Assembly: GCA_046861655.1 (NCBI GenBank) | Contig: JBHIAI010000011.1 | Location: 1 to 25,546, forward strand | Length of the DNA: 25,546 nucleotides | Reading direction: 5' to 3' | DNA from: Fidelibacterota bacterium | Lineage (GTDB): Bacteria; Fidelibacterota; Marinisomatia; Marinisomatales; S15-B10 | Shown: piece after piece, positions 16,915 through 25,150 of the stretch | Layout: every line of letters starts with the position of its first letter | Numbering within the stretch: position 1 is the stretch's first letter | Position numbers and translations under genes: made by a program | Notes under the pieces: model-generated | What the model saw: the letters and a program-made list of their open reading frames with translations, nothing else | What the model was told of the DNA's origin: nothing | The model's database searches: none

Positions 16915-17711
16915 CGGTCTGTCTCCCTGCCCACATGGCTATTCTCCCACAGGGCTTCAGGAACCGTCAACTTCAGCAACTCCCGGGTGTACGCCGATGA
17001 GGATTCTTTCAGCAATTGGTGTGGGGGACCCGTCTCCACAATCTTGCCTTTTCTCATCACCACGATTCGAGTCCCGATTCGAAAGGCCTCCGGTACATCA
17101 TGGGTGACGAACAGTGTGGTGAGGCCTCCGTCACCTCTCATCTTAAGGAAGTGACCCTGAGCCCGGCTCCGCGTGATGGGATCCAGGGCCCCGAAGGGTT
17201 CATCCATAAGAAGGATGTCCGGATGGAGGGCCAGGGCCCTGGCCACCCCTACCCTCTGGACTTCCCCCCCGGAGAGCTCAGCTGGATACCGTCGGCCGTA
17301 CGACTCGTAGGGGAGCTGGACCTGTTGAAGAAGTTCCCTCACTCTGGCGTCGATTCGCCCAGATTCCCATCCAGCAGCTCTCGGTAGAAGTCCCACATTC
17401 TGGGCGACGGTCCAATGGGGGAACAATCCAATTTCCTGGATCACGTACCCGATGGACCGCCGGAGAGTTATCACGGACCAATCTCCTGTATCCTTGCCGC
17501 GAACTTCGACGCGACCCTCCGAGGGGGTCACCATTCCCATCACCAGCTTCAAGGCAGTGGTTTTCCCGGACCCGCTCAGCCCCAGAAGAACTACAGTCTC
17601 TCCCTTTTCTACATCCAGGGAGAAATTCTCCAGGGCCACGGTCCTGCCATACCTCTTGGATACATGCTCAAACCGGATCACAACGGTCTTCGTTCTCTCT
17701 TCGGGAGACAT
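16911..17711 (-). CDS. Osmoprotectant ABC transporter ATP-binding subunit (OpuBA/ProV-like, no CBS domains)
   Basis: GLSGSGKTT, IGYVIQEIGLFPH, YPAELSGG, LLMDEPFGALDP and FVTHD; ATGA overlap with the permease gene. Confidence 0.93.
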   Translation of the reverse strand: MSPEERTKTVVIRFEHVSKRYGRTVALENFSLDVEKGETVVLLGLSGSGKTTALKLVMGMVTPSEGRVEVRGKDTGDWSVITLRRSIGYVIQEIGLFPHWTVAQNVGLLPRAAGWESGRIDARVRELLQQVQLPYESYGRRYPAELSGGEVQRVGVARALALHPDILLMDEPFGALDPITRSRAQGHFLKMRGDGGLTTLFVTHDVPEAFRIGTRIVVMRKGKIVETGPPHQLLKESSSAYTRELLKLTVPEALWENSHVGRETDR

Positions 17712-17829
17712 CCTTTTCCCCTGGCCTGTGGAAAGATTAATTTAAACGACCTTGAAACCAAAATCGGCAATATTCCCCTGGACAAGAAAAGGGGCTGAGG
17801 AGCGGCCCGTCAGGGAGAGGTCAGGGCGG

Positions 17830-19206
17830 CTACAGGGTCATGAATAAGTTATTGAGAGCTTCACCGCGGGTTGGGTGGGCGAAAACGGCGTCCTTAAGGT
17901 CCAGGTAGGTCAGCTTCCCCATCATGGCAAGCTCCACCATGCACATAAGCTCACCCCCTTCCTGTCCCAGGATGGCGCATCCCAGGATCTGACCGGTTTT
18001 TCCATCGACGACCGCCTTCATGAATCCCCGGGCCTCGTCCGTTTCCAGGGCCCGCGACATACCGGTCATAGGAAGTTTCGCTATCCGCACATCATGCCCT
18101 CTGGCCCTGGCTTCGGCTTCCGTTAGCCCTACGCGTCCCAGCTCAGGATCCATGAATACCGTGTAGGGCACCAGGCGGTCCCCAACGGACGCGTTTCCAC
18201 CCTCCAGGAGATTCTTACGAAGAATGCGATAATCATCGTAGGAAATATGGGTAAACATAGGTCCCCCCTTCACGTCCCCCAAAGCGTAGATACCCAGGAC
18301 TCCGGTTTCCAGTTTGTCATTCACGATGATAAATCCCCGCTCGTCCGTTTCAACCCCAACGGACTCAAGGTTTAGCCCATGGGTGCGGGGCGTACGCCCT
18401 GTGGCCACAAGAAGGTGCGAACCCCTCAGGGTCGATTCGCCGTCCCCGGTGGTAACGGTGAGGGTTATCGATCCATCGTTGCCCTTTTCCACCTTCTTTC
18501 CTTGGGCCTCCAGCAGAATCTGAATCCCGTCCTCCTCCAGAATCTCCCTCACTGTCCCGGCTACGTCTGGGTCCTCCCGCACCAAAAGCTGGCTTCCCCG
18601 CTGTACCAGGGTGACATCTGCGCCGAAACGCCTGAACATCTGGCCGAACTCAACACCGATGTAGCCGCCCCCCAGGATTAGGAGATGATCGGGTACAAGG
18701 TCCAATTCCATGATGGTGGTAGAGTTCAGATACTCTACACTGTCCAATCCGGGAAGATCCGGGATCGATGGCCCACAGCCCACATTGATGAAAACATGCT
18801 CACCCTCAAGATAACTGACCTTCCCGTCCTCACCGCGAACCTCTACCTGTTTGGGGCCCGCAAAAGCCGCGTCACCGAAGATAAGGTCGAGCCCTGCCGC
18901 AGATTCCAGTCGACGGCGGCTTCCCTGGGAGAAACTGGTCACGATATCGCGCTTTCGTTCCCGCACTCTGACCATGTCCACTCCCCTGAAATCAGCCCTC
19001 ACCCCAAAGTCTTCACCCCGATTGGCCAGATAGGCAACCCGGGCGCTGGCCACCATGGTTTTGGTTGGAGTGCATCCCTCATTGACGCAGGTGCCCCCAA
19101 CGTGATCCCGCTCTACAGTCGCCGTGGACCACCCGGCATCGGCCAGTTCCTTAGCCAGAGGCATCCCTCCCTGGCCCGTTCCGATAATGATGGCGTCGTA
19201 GGTCAT
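17830..19206 (-). CDS. Flavoprotein pyridine nucleotide-disulfide oxidoreductase (RclA / MerA-like subfamily lacking the C-terminal Cys pair)
   Basis: GTGQGG FAD site, GGTCVNEGCTPTK redox disulfide, GGGYIGVE NAD(P) site, GDVKGG..FTH.S and HPTRGEALNNLF. ATG 19206 has an AAAGGA RBS and overlaps the upstream stop. Confidence 0.9.
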   Translation of the reverse strand: MTYDAIIIGTGQGGMPLAKELADAGWSTATVERDHVGGTCVNEGCTPTKTMVASARVAYLANRGEDFGVRADFRGVDMVRVRERKRDIVTSFSQGSRRRLESAAGLDLIFGDAAFAGPKQVEVRGEDGKVSYLEGEHVFINVGCGPSIPDLPGLDSVEYLNSTTIMELDLVPDHLLILGGGYIGVEFGQMFRRFGADVTLVQRGSQLLVREDPDVAGTVREILEEDGIQILLEAQGKKVEKGNDGSITLTVTTGDGESTLRGSHLLVATGRTPRTHGLNLESVGVETDERGFIIVNDKLETGVLGIYALGDVKGGPMFTHISYDDYRILRKNLLEGGNASVGDRLVPYTVFMDPELGRVGLTEAEARARGHDVRIAKLPMTGMSRALETDEARGFMKAVVDGKTGQILGCAILGQEGGELMCMVELAMMGKLTYLDLKDAVFAHPTRGEALNNLFMTL

Positions 19207-19571
19207 TCCTTTTCCTCCTGTCCACGGGAACCGCCGAATTTCACTTCCAGGTGTTGACTGTCCCACGACGAGAATCCGATTCTGTTCTTGATATGCTCGT
19301 AACCCGGCAGGGGATCACGGTATACCCAGGCCACGTTGGTTTCCATTACCTCCGATTCGCCCTGATTCCCGTTTTGATCCCGCAGGTCAATCCAGAAACA
19401 GACCCCCTTGTAACTGCACGTGTATATCCTGTCGGTGACTTCCAGAAGGTCCATGTTCACGTCCCTCTCATCGAAGTAAAGATTAGACTCAAACCGTAAC
19501 GGATCTGCGCTGGACGCAAGGATGTCTCCCGTGTCTTTGATCCGGATCGTAACTGGTTTCCTGTTCTTCAT
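19203..19571 (-). CDS. DUF427 domain protein
   Basis: ESNLYF...DV, T...YTCSYKG and NVAWVY..P......IK..IGF motifs; AGGAGG RBS. Confidence 0.85.
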   Translation of the reverse strand: MKNRKPVTIRIKDTGDILASSADPLRFESNLYFDERDVNMDLLEVTDRIYTCSYKGVCFWIDLRDQNGNQGESEVMETNVAWVYRDPLPGYEHIKNRIGFSSWDSQHLEVKFGGSRGQEEKE

Positions 19572-19619
19572 TGGGACTGTCCTCCTAGAGACTATGTCAA
19601 ACGGATGGAGCCGAGAACA

Positions 19620-19664
19620 AAGTTAGGACCGACCATGACAGGTGTTCTGACAGGGAGACGACAG
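19620..19664 (-). promoter_or_regulatory. Putative OmpR/PhoB-type direct-repeat operator plus -10 element upstream of the DUF427-reductase operon
   Basis: Minus strand reads CTGTCG-N5-CTGTCA-N6-CTGTCA-N10-TAACTT. Confidence 0.4.
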
Positions 19665-19715
19665 TTTCCCGGCGCCCTGATCGGTGTGAGAAAGAATCAG
19701 AAGCCCAGTAAGGAC

Positions 19716-20273
19716 CTAGTCTCTTTTGTATCGACCCATGACCACCGCTTTGGCCAGGATGTGCCCTTCCATGGCTTTCTCGAGATCCCTGTGGCTTGCA
19801 TTCGATCTCAGCTTCACGGAATCGACGTCCAGGGCATAGAGGGTGAAATAGTAGCGGTGGTAACCGTGTCCCTGGGGCGGGCAGGGACCGTAATACCCCA
19901 CTCTGCTAAAGGAGTCAACACCCCAGGACATCCCCTGCTTGGCACCGTTGGCCATGGATTTCTCCTTGGGAACGTTCTCGTCCATGCGGGTGGAATCACC
20001 CGGAACATCGTACAGAACCCAGTGTACCCAGGTCCCAGGCGGTGCGTCAGGATCGAGGCAGGTAAGGGCAAAACTCCTGGTTCCATCGGGAACCCCAGAC
20101 CATTCCAGCGGGGGGGAGACATCCTCTCCCTCGCAGGTATATTTTGAGGGAATGACGTCACCATCCTCGAAGGCTGGAGTGGATACGGTAAATTCGTCCA
20201 TGTTGGCCTCCTGCATACTTAGGAGAGTGAAACTAACCACAAGAATAAGGAAAATTGGGGGACTGCTTTTCAC
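19716..20273 (-). CDS. YbhB/YbcL family Raf kinase inhibitor-like (PEBP) protein, exported
   Basis: YTCEGEDVSPPLEW, DPDAP..TWVHW, GY.GPCPP.GHG.HRYYF.LYALD; N-terminal signal peptide. Confidence 0.93.
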   Translation of the reverse strand: MKSSPPIFLILVVSFTLLSMQEANMDEFTVSTPAFEDGDVIPSKYTCEGEDVSPPLEWSGVPDGTRSFALTCLDPDAPPGTWVHWVLYDVPGDSTRMDENVPKEKSMANGAKQGMSWGVDSFSRVGYYGPCPPQGHGYHRYYFTLYALDVDSVKLRSNASHRDLEKAMEGHILAKAVVMGRYKRD

Positions 20274-20422
20274 TATCTACGCCCCATGATACATAAGGCA
20301 AAACTAAAAGGCAAGGACTGGTTGGGGCACAATTTCCGCTTTCGGAATTAGGGGCAATCATTATTACATTCCTCACATTTCCCATGGGACCTTTACACTG
20401 GAACATCCGCTGAACGCACACC

Positions 20423-21433
20423 ATGGCTATTGCCCTTGCAGCCGTTTTTCTGGGTCTTCTGATCCTGTACTTTGTGTGGGAAACTGCCCGGGATCAGGAA
20501 CTGGATATCCATTACTCCACAACCTACACCCCCAAAGAAACGGTTCTTGAAACACAGCTGGACATCGAGGCTCCACTGGACATTATCTGGGAAACCTTGG
20601 TTTCCCTTCGAGACTATCACCTCTGGTTTCCCTGGATTCGGCGGGTCCAGGTCACCAACAAGTCTGCCAAGCGGTGGGCACACCGGCATTCGTTTCTCCG
20701 CTACACCGTTGAAGTAGGCAGCCGGTTCCAGATCCGACCTTTTTTTCTCTCGCCCCTCACCTCCTGCCGGTTCATTACCCTGGACCCCCGGAGAACCCTC
20801 TCCATGGAGATGCGCTTTTTCCCCATGGTCAGGGAAATCGTCACGTTTACCCTGACCCCCTTTACTAACCTGGTCCAGGCACAATACCGTTCTGTGAGCC
20901 CCTCCGCGTTGGGCTTCATTGCGCAGGCCCTGTTTTCCTGGCGCGGCAGAAGAGTTCTTCTCAATCTTCAAAGGCACATTCCTGAATTGCCTCTGGTTGA
21001 GGAAGTACCCCGAGAAGCACCGAAGGTGGAAAAGGAAGAGAAGGCCGCCACCGGGGAGACCCACATTCAGGAATTGGTGGCCAGGGCTTTCAAGGAGGGG
21101 AAGGAAGTTCTGGATGGTATCCCTGACAGGTCGCTACGGGCCAGGGCCAAGTCCGCCTACGTAAGGGCCAAGCGATCGGGCGATACTCCTGCCGTGCCCC
21201 AGCAGGGGCCCACCCCTGAGGAAAAAACCGCATCCACTGCACCCTCGGAACAGCCCACCCCCCAGGAGACACCCCCAGGAAAGAAGGCCGAAACCGATCA
21301 GGACACCATCATCCAGGAGGCGGTCAGACACGCCCTCGAAGGGGACATGGAGGTCATCAACAACATTTCCGACCGGGTCCTGAGGGCCAGGGCCAAATCG
21401 GCCTACATGAAAGCCAAGCGAGAGAAATCCTGA
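20423..21433 (+). CDS. Membrane-anchored SRPBCC/START-like protein with duplicated C-terminal helical motif
   Basis: N-terminal TM; IEAPLDIIWETL.....YHLWFP SRPBCC signature; two copies of DRxLRARAKSAYxxAKR. Confidence 0.72.
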   Translation: MAIALAAVFLGLLILYFVWETARDQELDIHYSTTYTPKETVLETQLDIEAPLDIIWETLVSLRDYHLWFPWIRRVQVTNKSAKRWAHRHSFLRYTVEVGSRFQIRPFFLSPLTSCRFITLDPRRTLSMEMRFFPMVREIVTFTLTPFTNLVQAQYRSVSPSALGFIAQALFSWRGRRVLLNLQRHIPELPLVEEVPREAPKVEKEEKAATGETHIQELVARAFKEGKEVLDGIPDRSLRARAKSAYVRAKRSGDTPAVPQQGPTPEEKTASTAPSEQPTPQETPPGKKAETDQDTIIQEAVRHALEGDMEVINNISDRVLRARAKSAYMKAKREKS

Positions 21434-21444
21434 CCGGCACCGGT

Positions 21445-22074
21445 TTAAGAAAACAGCCGGGTCAGAAACGATCGAACGTCTTCCAGCTCCTCCACCACCA
21501 CATGGTGGCCGGAATCATATTCGTGCCATTCTACTTTGAACCCCTTCTCCCGGAGGGCTATGAAGGAAGACTTCCCCATTTCCAGGGGAACTATGGCATC
21601 AAGCCTTCCCTGGCCGGCAAAGATGGGAACCTGAAGAGGCAGGCCGTCAGAATCGGCCTCCCTTATCTTGCCAGCGTCGATAACGAACCCGCTCAGGGAA
21701 ACGATACCGGCCACGGGTTGGGCGTAGGCGAAGGCCACATCCAGGCAGAGGCTGGCGCCCTGGGAGAATCCCATGAGAACGGTCCGTTCAGGGGGGCTCC
21801 CGCTCTCACTCAAGGTGTCAAGAAGATCAAACACCTGCCGTATGCTCTCCTGCCTTTCCTCTTCCGACCGCTCAGAAACGGGAAAGGTGAACCACCCCTT
21901 GCCCACACCGCCTGTTCCTGGTACCTCAACCCGGGCCTCGGGAATCACATACCTCATGCGGGGAAGCCTCAGGCTCCGGGCCAGGGGCTCCACGTCGGCA
22001 CTGTTGGCCCCCCAGCCGTGCAGCACAAGGACCGTACCCTTGGCGGGGGGCTGGGCTGGAGGAATGTCGATCAC
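21445..22074 (-). CDS. Alpha/beta hydrolase, phospholipase/carboxylesterase family
   Basis: LHGWG, GFSQG nucleophile, G..D.IVP and GH catalytic His. Confidence 0.92.
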   Translation of the reverse strand: MIDIPPAQPPAKGTVLVLHGWGANSADVEPLARSLRLPRMRYVIPEARVEVPGTGGVGKGWFTFPVSERSEEERQESIRQVFDLLDTLSESGSPPERTVLMGFSQGASLCLDVAFAYAQPVAGIVSLSGFVIDAGKIREADSDGLPLQVPIFAGQGRLDAIVPLEMGKSSFIALREKGFKVEWHEYDSGHHVVVEELEDVRSFLTRLFS

Positions 22075-22523
22075 CTCCCCACCACACGGTACTGAAACTG
22101 GTAGATTCCCCGGTCCCCCTTTACTTCTACCATACCCAGGAATTCCAGTCTAAGCTCTTCTTCGAGATCATCGAACAGGACGAGGGCTCGGCTCGGAAAC
22201 ACGAGGGGATGGTAGGTGAGATACAGGTGAGTCAGGTAGGGAGCAAACCGGCTGAACGTCCTGGATCCCCCGATCACAAAACATTGCTCCGTTTCTACCC
22301 CGGCCAGAACTTCAGCAGGATCCGTGTCCCGGCGCACCACCACGGTCTTTCGACCCTCAAGGTCTGTGGCCAGGGTACGGGCTGTCCTGGAACCCATGAT
22401 CACTGTCTGCCCCATGGTCTGCTTACGGAATAACTGGAGGTCCCGGGACCAGGCTACCACCTCATCTCGGTGGCGGGCGATCATGCCGTTGGCTGTCACG
22501 GCCGCGATGAGGATGACGTCCAC
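22071..22523 (-). CDS. Dihydrofolate reductase family protein (divergent)
   Basis: ILIAAVTANGMI, W..DL..FR..T, VIMG.RT, FVIGG and LYLT. Confidence 0.85.
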   Translation of the reverse strand: MDVILIAAVTANGMIARHRDEVVAWSRDLQLFRKQTMGQTVIMGSRTARTLATDLEGRKTVVVRRDTDPAEVLAGVETEQCFVIGGSRTFSRFAPYLTHLYLTYHPLVFPSRALVLFDDLEEELRLEFLGMVEVKGDRGIYQFQYRVVGR

Positions 22524-22527
22524 CGGT

Positions 22528-23838
22528 TCAATCTTGTCCTGACGAGTCGAGGGGGTGCCACCCTTTGTCGAGGGCTCCCGCCGCTACCGCAACCAGCTTA
22601 TCTCCCGGGCAGTAGGTTTCAATGGTGTGATTCACCTTTTCCAGGGATAATTCCCTGATCCTCTCCGGGTATTCGTCCAGGTAACTCAAGTCTCTTCCCT
22701 GTTCAAGAAGTGAAAGCGTCCGACCGGCAAGCCCCCCCGTTGAGGCCAAACTCACGGCGTATACCCCGGTGATGGTCGTTTTCTTCGTTTCCAGCTCTTC
22801 AGGGGTCACGCCGTCCTTGACCCAACCATCCAGTTGTTTCATCACCGAAGCGTAGCCCCTTTGCAACAGGTGGGGGGCGAACGTTCCCCAGATGGACCAG
22901 TAACCGTCATTTCCGTTCTCTACACCCCCCACGGACGAACTGACCCCGTACGTCAGGCCCTCTTTATCCCTCACGGACGTCATCAGTCTTGCGGAAAAGT
23001 TTCCTCCCAGAACGTAGAGGGCCACCATCAGGGGATCAAAATCCTCATGCTTACGGTCAATGCCGATTCCCCTTCCTACGACCAGATCCACACTGGTTTT
23101 GTCCTTCAGGGTGACGACCTGACGGAAGGGTTTCCGTCTTCTTCTGGCTCTCCTGCCCGCTGCCAGGTCCAGGCTGAGACGAGATCGCTGCCAGCCGTCG
23201 AATCCCTTTGCCACCGCCCCCTCAAGGGCCGAGTGATCTACGGCACCGACAGCCACGATGATGAGATTGCCACGTCCGTAGTTTCTCTCATGAAAATCCT
23301 TCACCAGTCTTGCAGTCACCCCCTCAGTGTGCCGGATCTGGCGGCTCAGGGGAACAGAATAGTTGGGATGGTCCGGAGGATAAATCTTTTGAAGAAACAC
23401 CTCCATGGCCCGGGCCCGGGTGTCTTCCCTCGATTTTTTCAGTTCCCCCACCCGGCGCTTCTTGGTCACAGCCAGGTCGTCCGGCTTGATCAGGGGAAAG
23501 CGCAACTGCTCCGCCAGCAGTTCCACAACCAGGGGAACATCCTTGGTCAGGCAGCGGGCCCAGAAGCGAACCCTGTATTTCGAACATCTGAAACTTAGAT
23601 GTGCACCCACGTTCTCCAGGGCAACACTGATGGCAAACTTGTCCCGGTAGAGTGTTCCCTCATCCAGCATGGCTGCGGTCACATCCGCTACCACCGAGTT
23701 GGATTCAGGACTAAACACATCCCCCCCCAGGAGACTTCCCTGGATGCTTACCACATCCACAATATCCGTTTTCTTGGTGACCACACGGACTCCCGGGATC
23801 ACCTCTTTTTCCGTGATGCCCTGAGCCAGGAATTTCAT
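22528..23838 (-). CDS. M16 peptidase family protein, non-catalytic (beta-type) subunit
   Basis: MLDEGT, LGG.FSARL...VR.KEGLTYG; no HxxEH motif; ATGA overlap with the upstream M16 gene. Confidence 0.9.
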   Translation of the reverse strand: MKFLAQGITEKEVIPGVRVVTKKTDIVDVVSIQGSLLGGDVFSPESNSVVADVTAAMLDEGTLYRDKFAISVALENVGAHLSFRCSKYRVRFWARCLTKDVPLVVELLAEQLRFPLIKPDDLAVTKKRRVGELKKSREDTRARAMEVFLQKIYPPDHPNYSVPLSRQIRHTEGVTARLVKDFHERNYGRGNLIIVAVGAVDHSALEGAVAKGFDGWQRSRLSLDLAAGRRARRRRKPFRQVVTLKDKTSVDLVVGRGIGIDRKHEDFDPLMVALYVLGGNFSARLMTSVRDKEGLTYGVSSSVGGVENGNDGYWSIWGTFAPHLLQRGYASVMKQLDGWVKDGVTPEELETKKTTITGVYAVSLASTGGLAGRTLSLLEQGRDLSYLDEYPERIRELSLEKVNHTIETYCPGDKLVAVAAGALDKGWHPLDSSGQD

Positions 23839-25133
23839 TTGGGAAGAAAAAGGCCCGTTGTCCGCCGTTCCTCATCCAGATAGGTTCGAGCGACACGTTG
23901 CACATCCGGGGTGGTAACGCCTTCTATGCGATCCAAATACGTAGTGTAGAATGTCCAATCCCCAATCCCAATGGCCTCGTTCAGATTGCTGGCCACGGAA
24001 TAGGAGCCGTCCCGGCTGAAGGCGGTTTCAGCCCGGACCCTGGCTTTTGCCCGGTTCAGTTCCTCCTCCGTAACGCCTCGTCTCTTAATCCGGTTGTATC
24101 CCCGGATGATCGTCTCTTCCACGGATTGGGGCTGAACACCAGGAGCCACGAAGCCATAGGTGATAAACAGGCCGTTGTCCCGAAGGGGATGACACCAAAT
24201 GAAAATGTCTGTAACCAATCCTTTATCCACCAGGGTCCGGTAGAAGCGACTGGCCTTACCCGAGGCCAAGATCTTTCCTAAGATCTGAAGGGGATAGGTG
24301 TCCGGATGAAGGCCTTCAGGAGACTTATGGGCCACTCCCACAATCGGTGTTTCTCCTGCCCTGCGGACAGTCACCCGCCGGGGACCCTCCTGTTCGGGTT
24401 CCCGGGTGTACACTTCTGGTATGGGCTCAGGGGATCGGGGGATGGGTCCGAAACGCTTCCGGATCATGGCCAGAACTTCCCGGGGCTCGAAATCACCGAT
24501 GGCGGTAACCGTAGCGTTATCCGGCCAGTAGAATGTGTCGTAGAAAGTCTTGAGCCTGTCTGTGGGCATATTCTCTATATCCGACCGCCAGCCGATGGTG
24601 GCGTGGTGGTAGGGATGAGCTTGGTAGGCTGTGGCCCAAATGTTCTTATCCAGAACTTCGAAGGGGTCGTTTTCACCCCTTTCAAACTCGTTTCGTACCA
24701 CCGTCATTTCCGGCTGGCGGTCTTCATCCCTGAGAAGAAGTCCCCGCATCCGGTCCGCCTCAATCTCTACCGCCCGGTCCAGATGATTCGCCGGAACCAA
24801 TTCAAAGTAATTGGTCCTGTCCAGCCAGGTGGTGGCATTGATGACCGCTCCCAAGCTCTGGAGGACCTGCCAGATCCCGTTGCCCATTTCCCGGTTGAAA
24901 TTCCTCGATCCCTTAAACATGAGGTGTTCCAGAAGGTGAGTGGCCCCGGTGTGGCCCGTAGCTTCGTTGCGGGACCCCACCCGGTAGGTAACCATAAAGG
25001 TGGCCACCGGCGCCGAGTGGTCCTCCATCAAGAGGACGGTGAGATCATTAACCCTGAGCCTGTACTCGTTTATGCCTGCGGCACTGCGGACGTGCTTGAA
25101 GCCTGGATAACGCTGTGATTTGCCTTGGACCAG
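23835..25133 (-). CDS. M16 zinc peptidase, catalytic (HxxEH) subunit; start uncertain
   Basis: YRVGSRNE, HLLEHLMFKG, NATTWLDRTNY, EADRM and FY.PDNA. Family-like sequence (INEYRLRVNDLTVLL) continues upstream of the track's TTG 25031, so the start is provisionally placed at CTG 25133. Confidence 0.88.
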   Translation of the reverse strand: MVQGKSQRYPGFKHVRSAAGINEYRLRVNDLTVLLMEDHSAPVATFMVTYRVGSRNEATGHTGATHLLEHLMFKGSRNFNREMGNGIWQVLQSLGAVINATTWLDRTNYFELVPANHLDRAVEIEADRMRGLLLRDEDRQPEMTVVRNEFERGENDPFEVLDKNIWATAYQAHPYHHATIGWRSDIENMPTDRLKTFYDTFYWPDNATVTAIGDFEPREVLAMIRKRFGPIPRSPEPIPEVYTREPEQEGPRRVTVRRAGETPIVGVAHKSPEGLHPDTYPLQILGKILASGKASRFYRTLVDKGLVTDIFIWCHPLRDNGLFITYGFVAPGVQPQSVEETIIRGYNRIKRRGVTEEELNRAKARVRAETAFSRDGSYSVASNLNEAIGIGDWTFYTTYLDRIEGVTTPDVQRVARTYLDEERRTTGLFLPK

Positions 25134-25150
25134 AGGAACCCCGAAAGAGA

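Noticed and set aside
17830..19206. Calling the reductase merA (mercury resistance) or lpdA
   Set aside because: It has no C-terminal Cys-Cys, no mer genes nearby and no 2-oxoacid dehydrogenase context.
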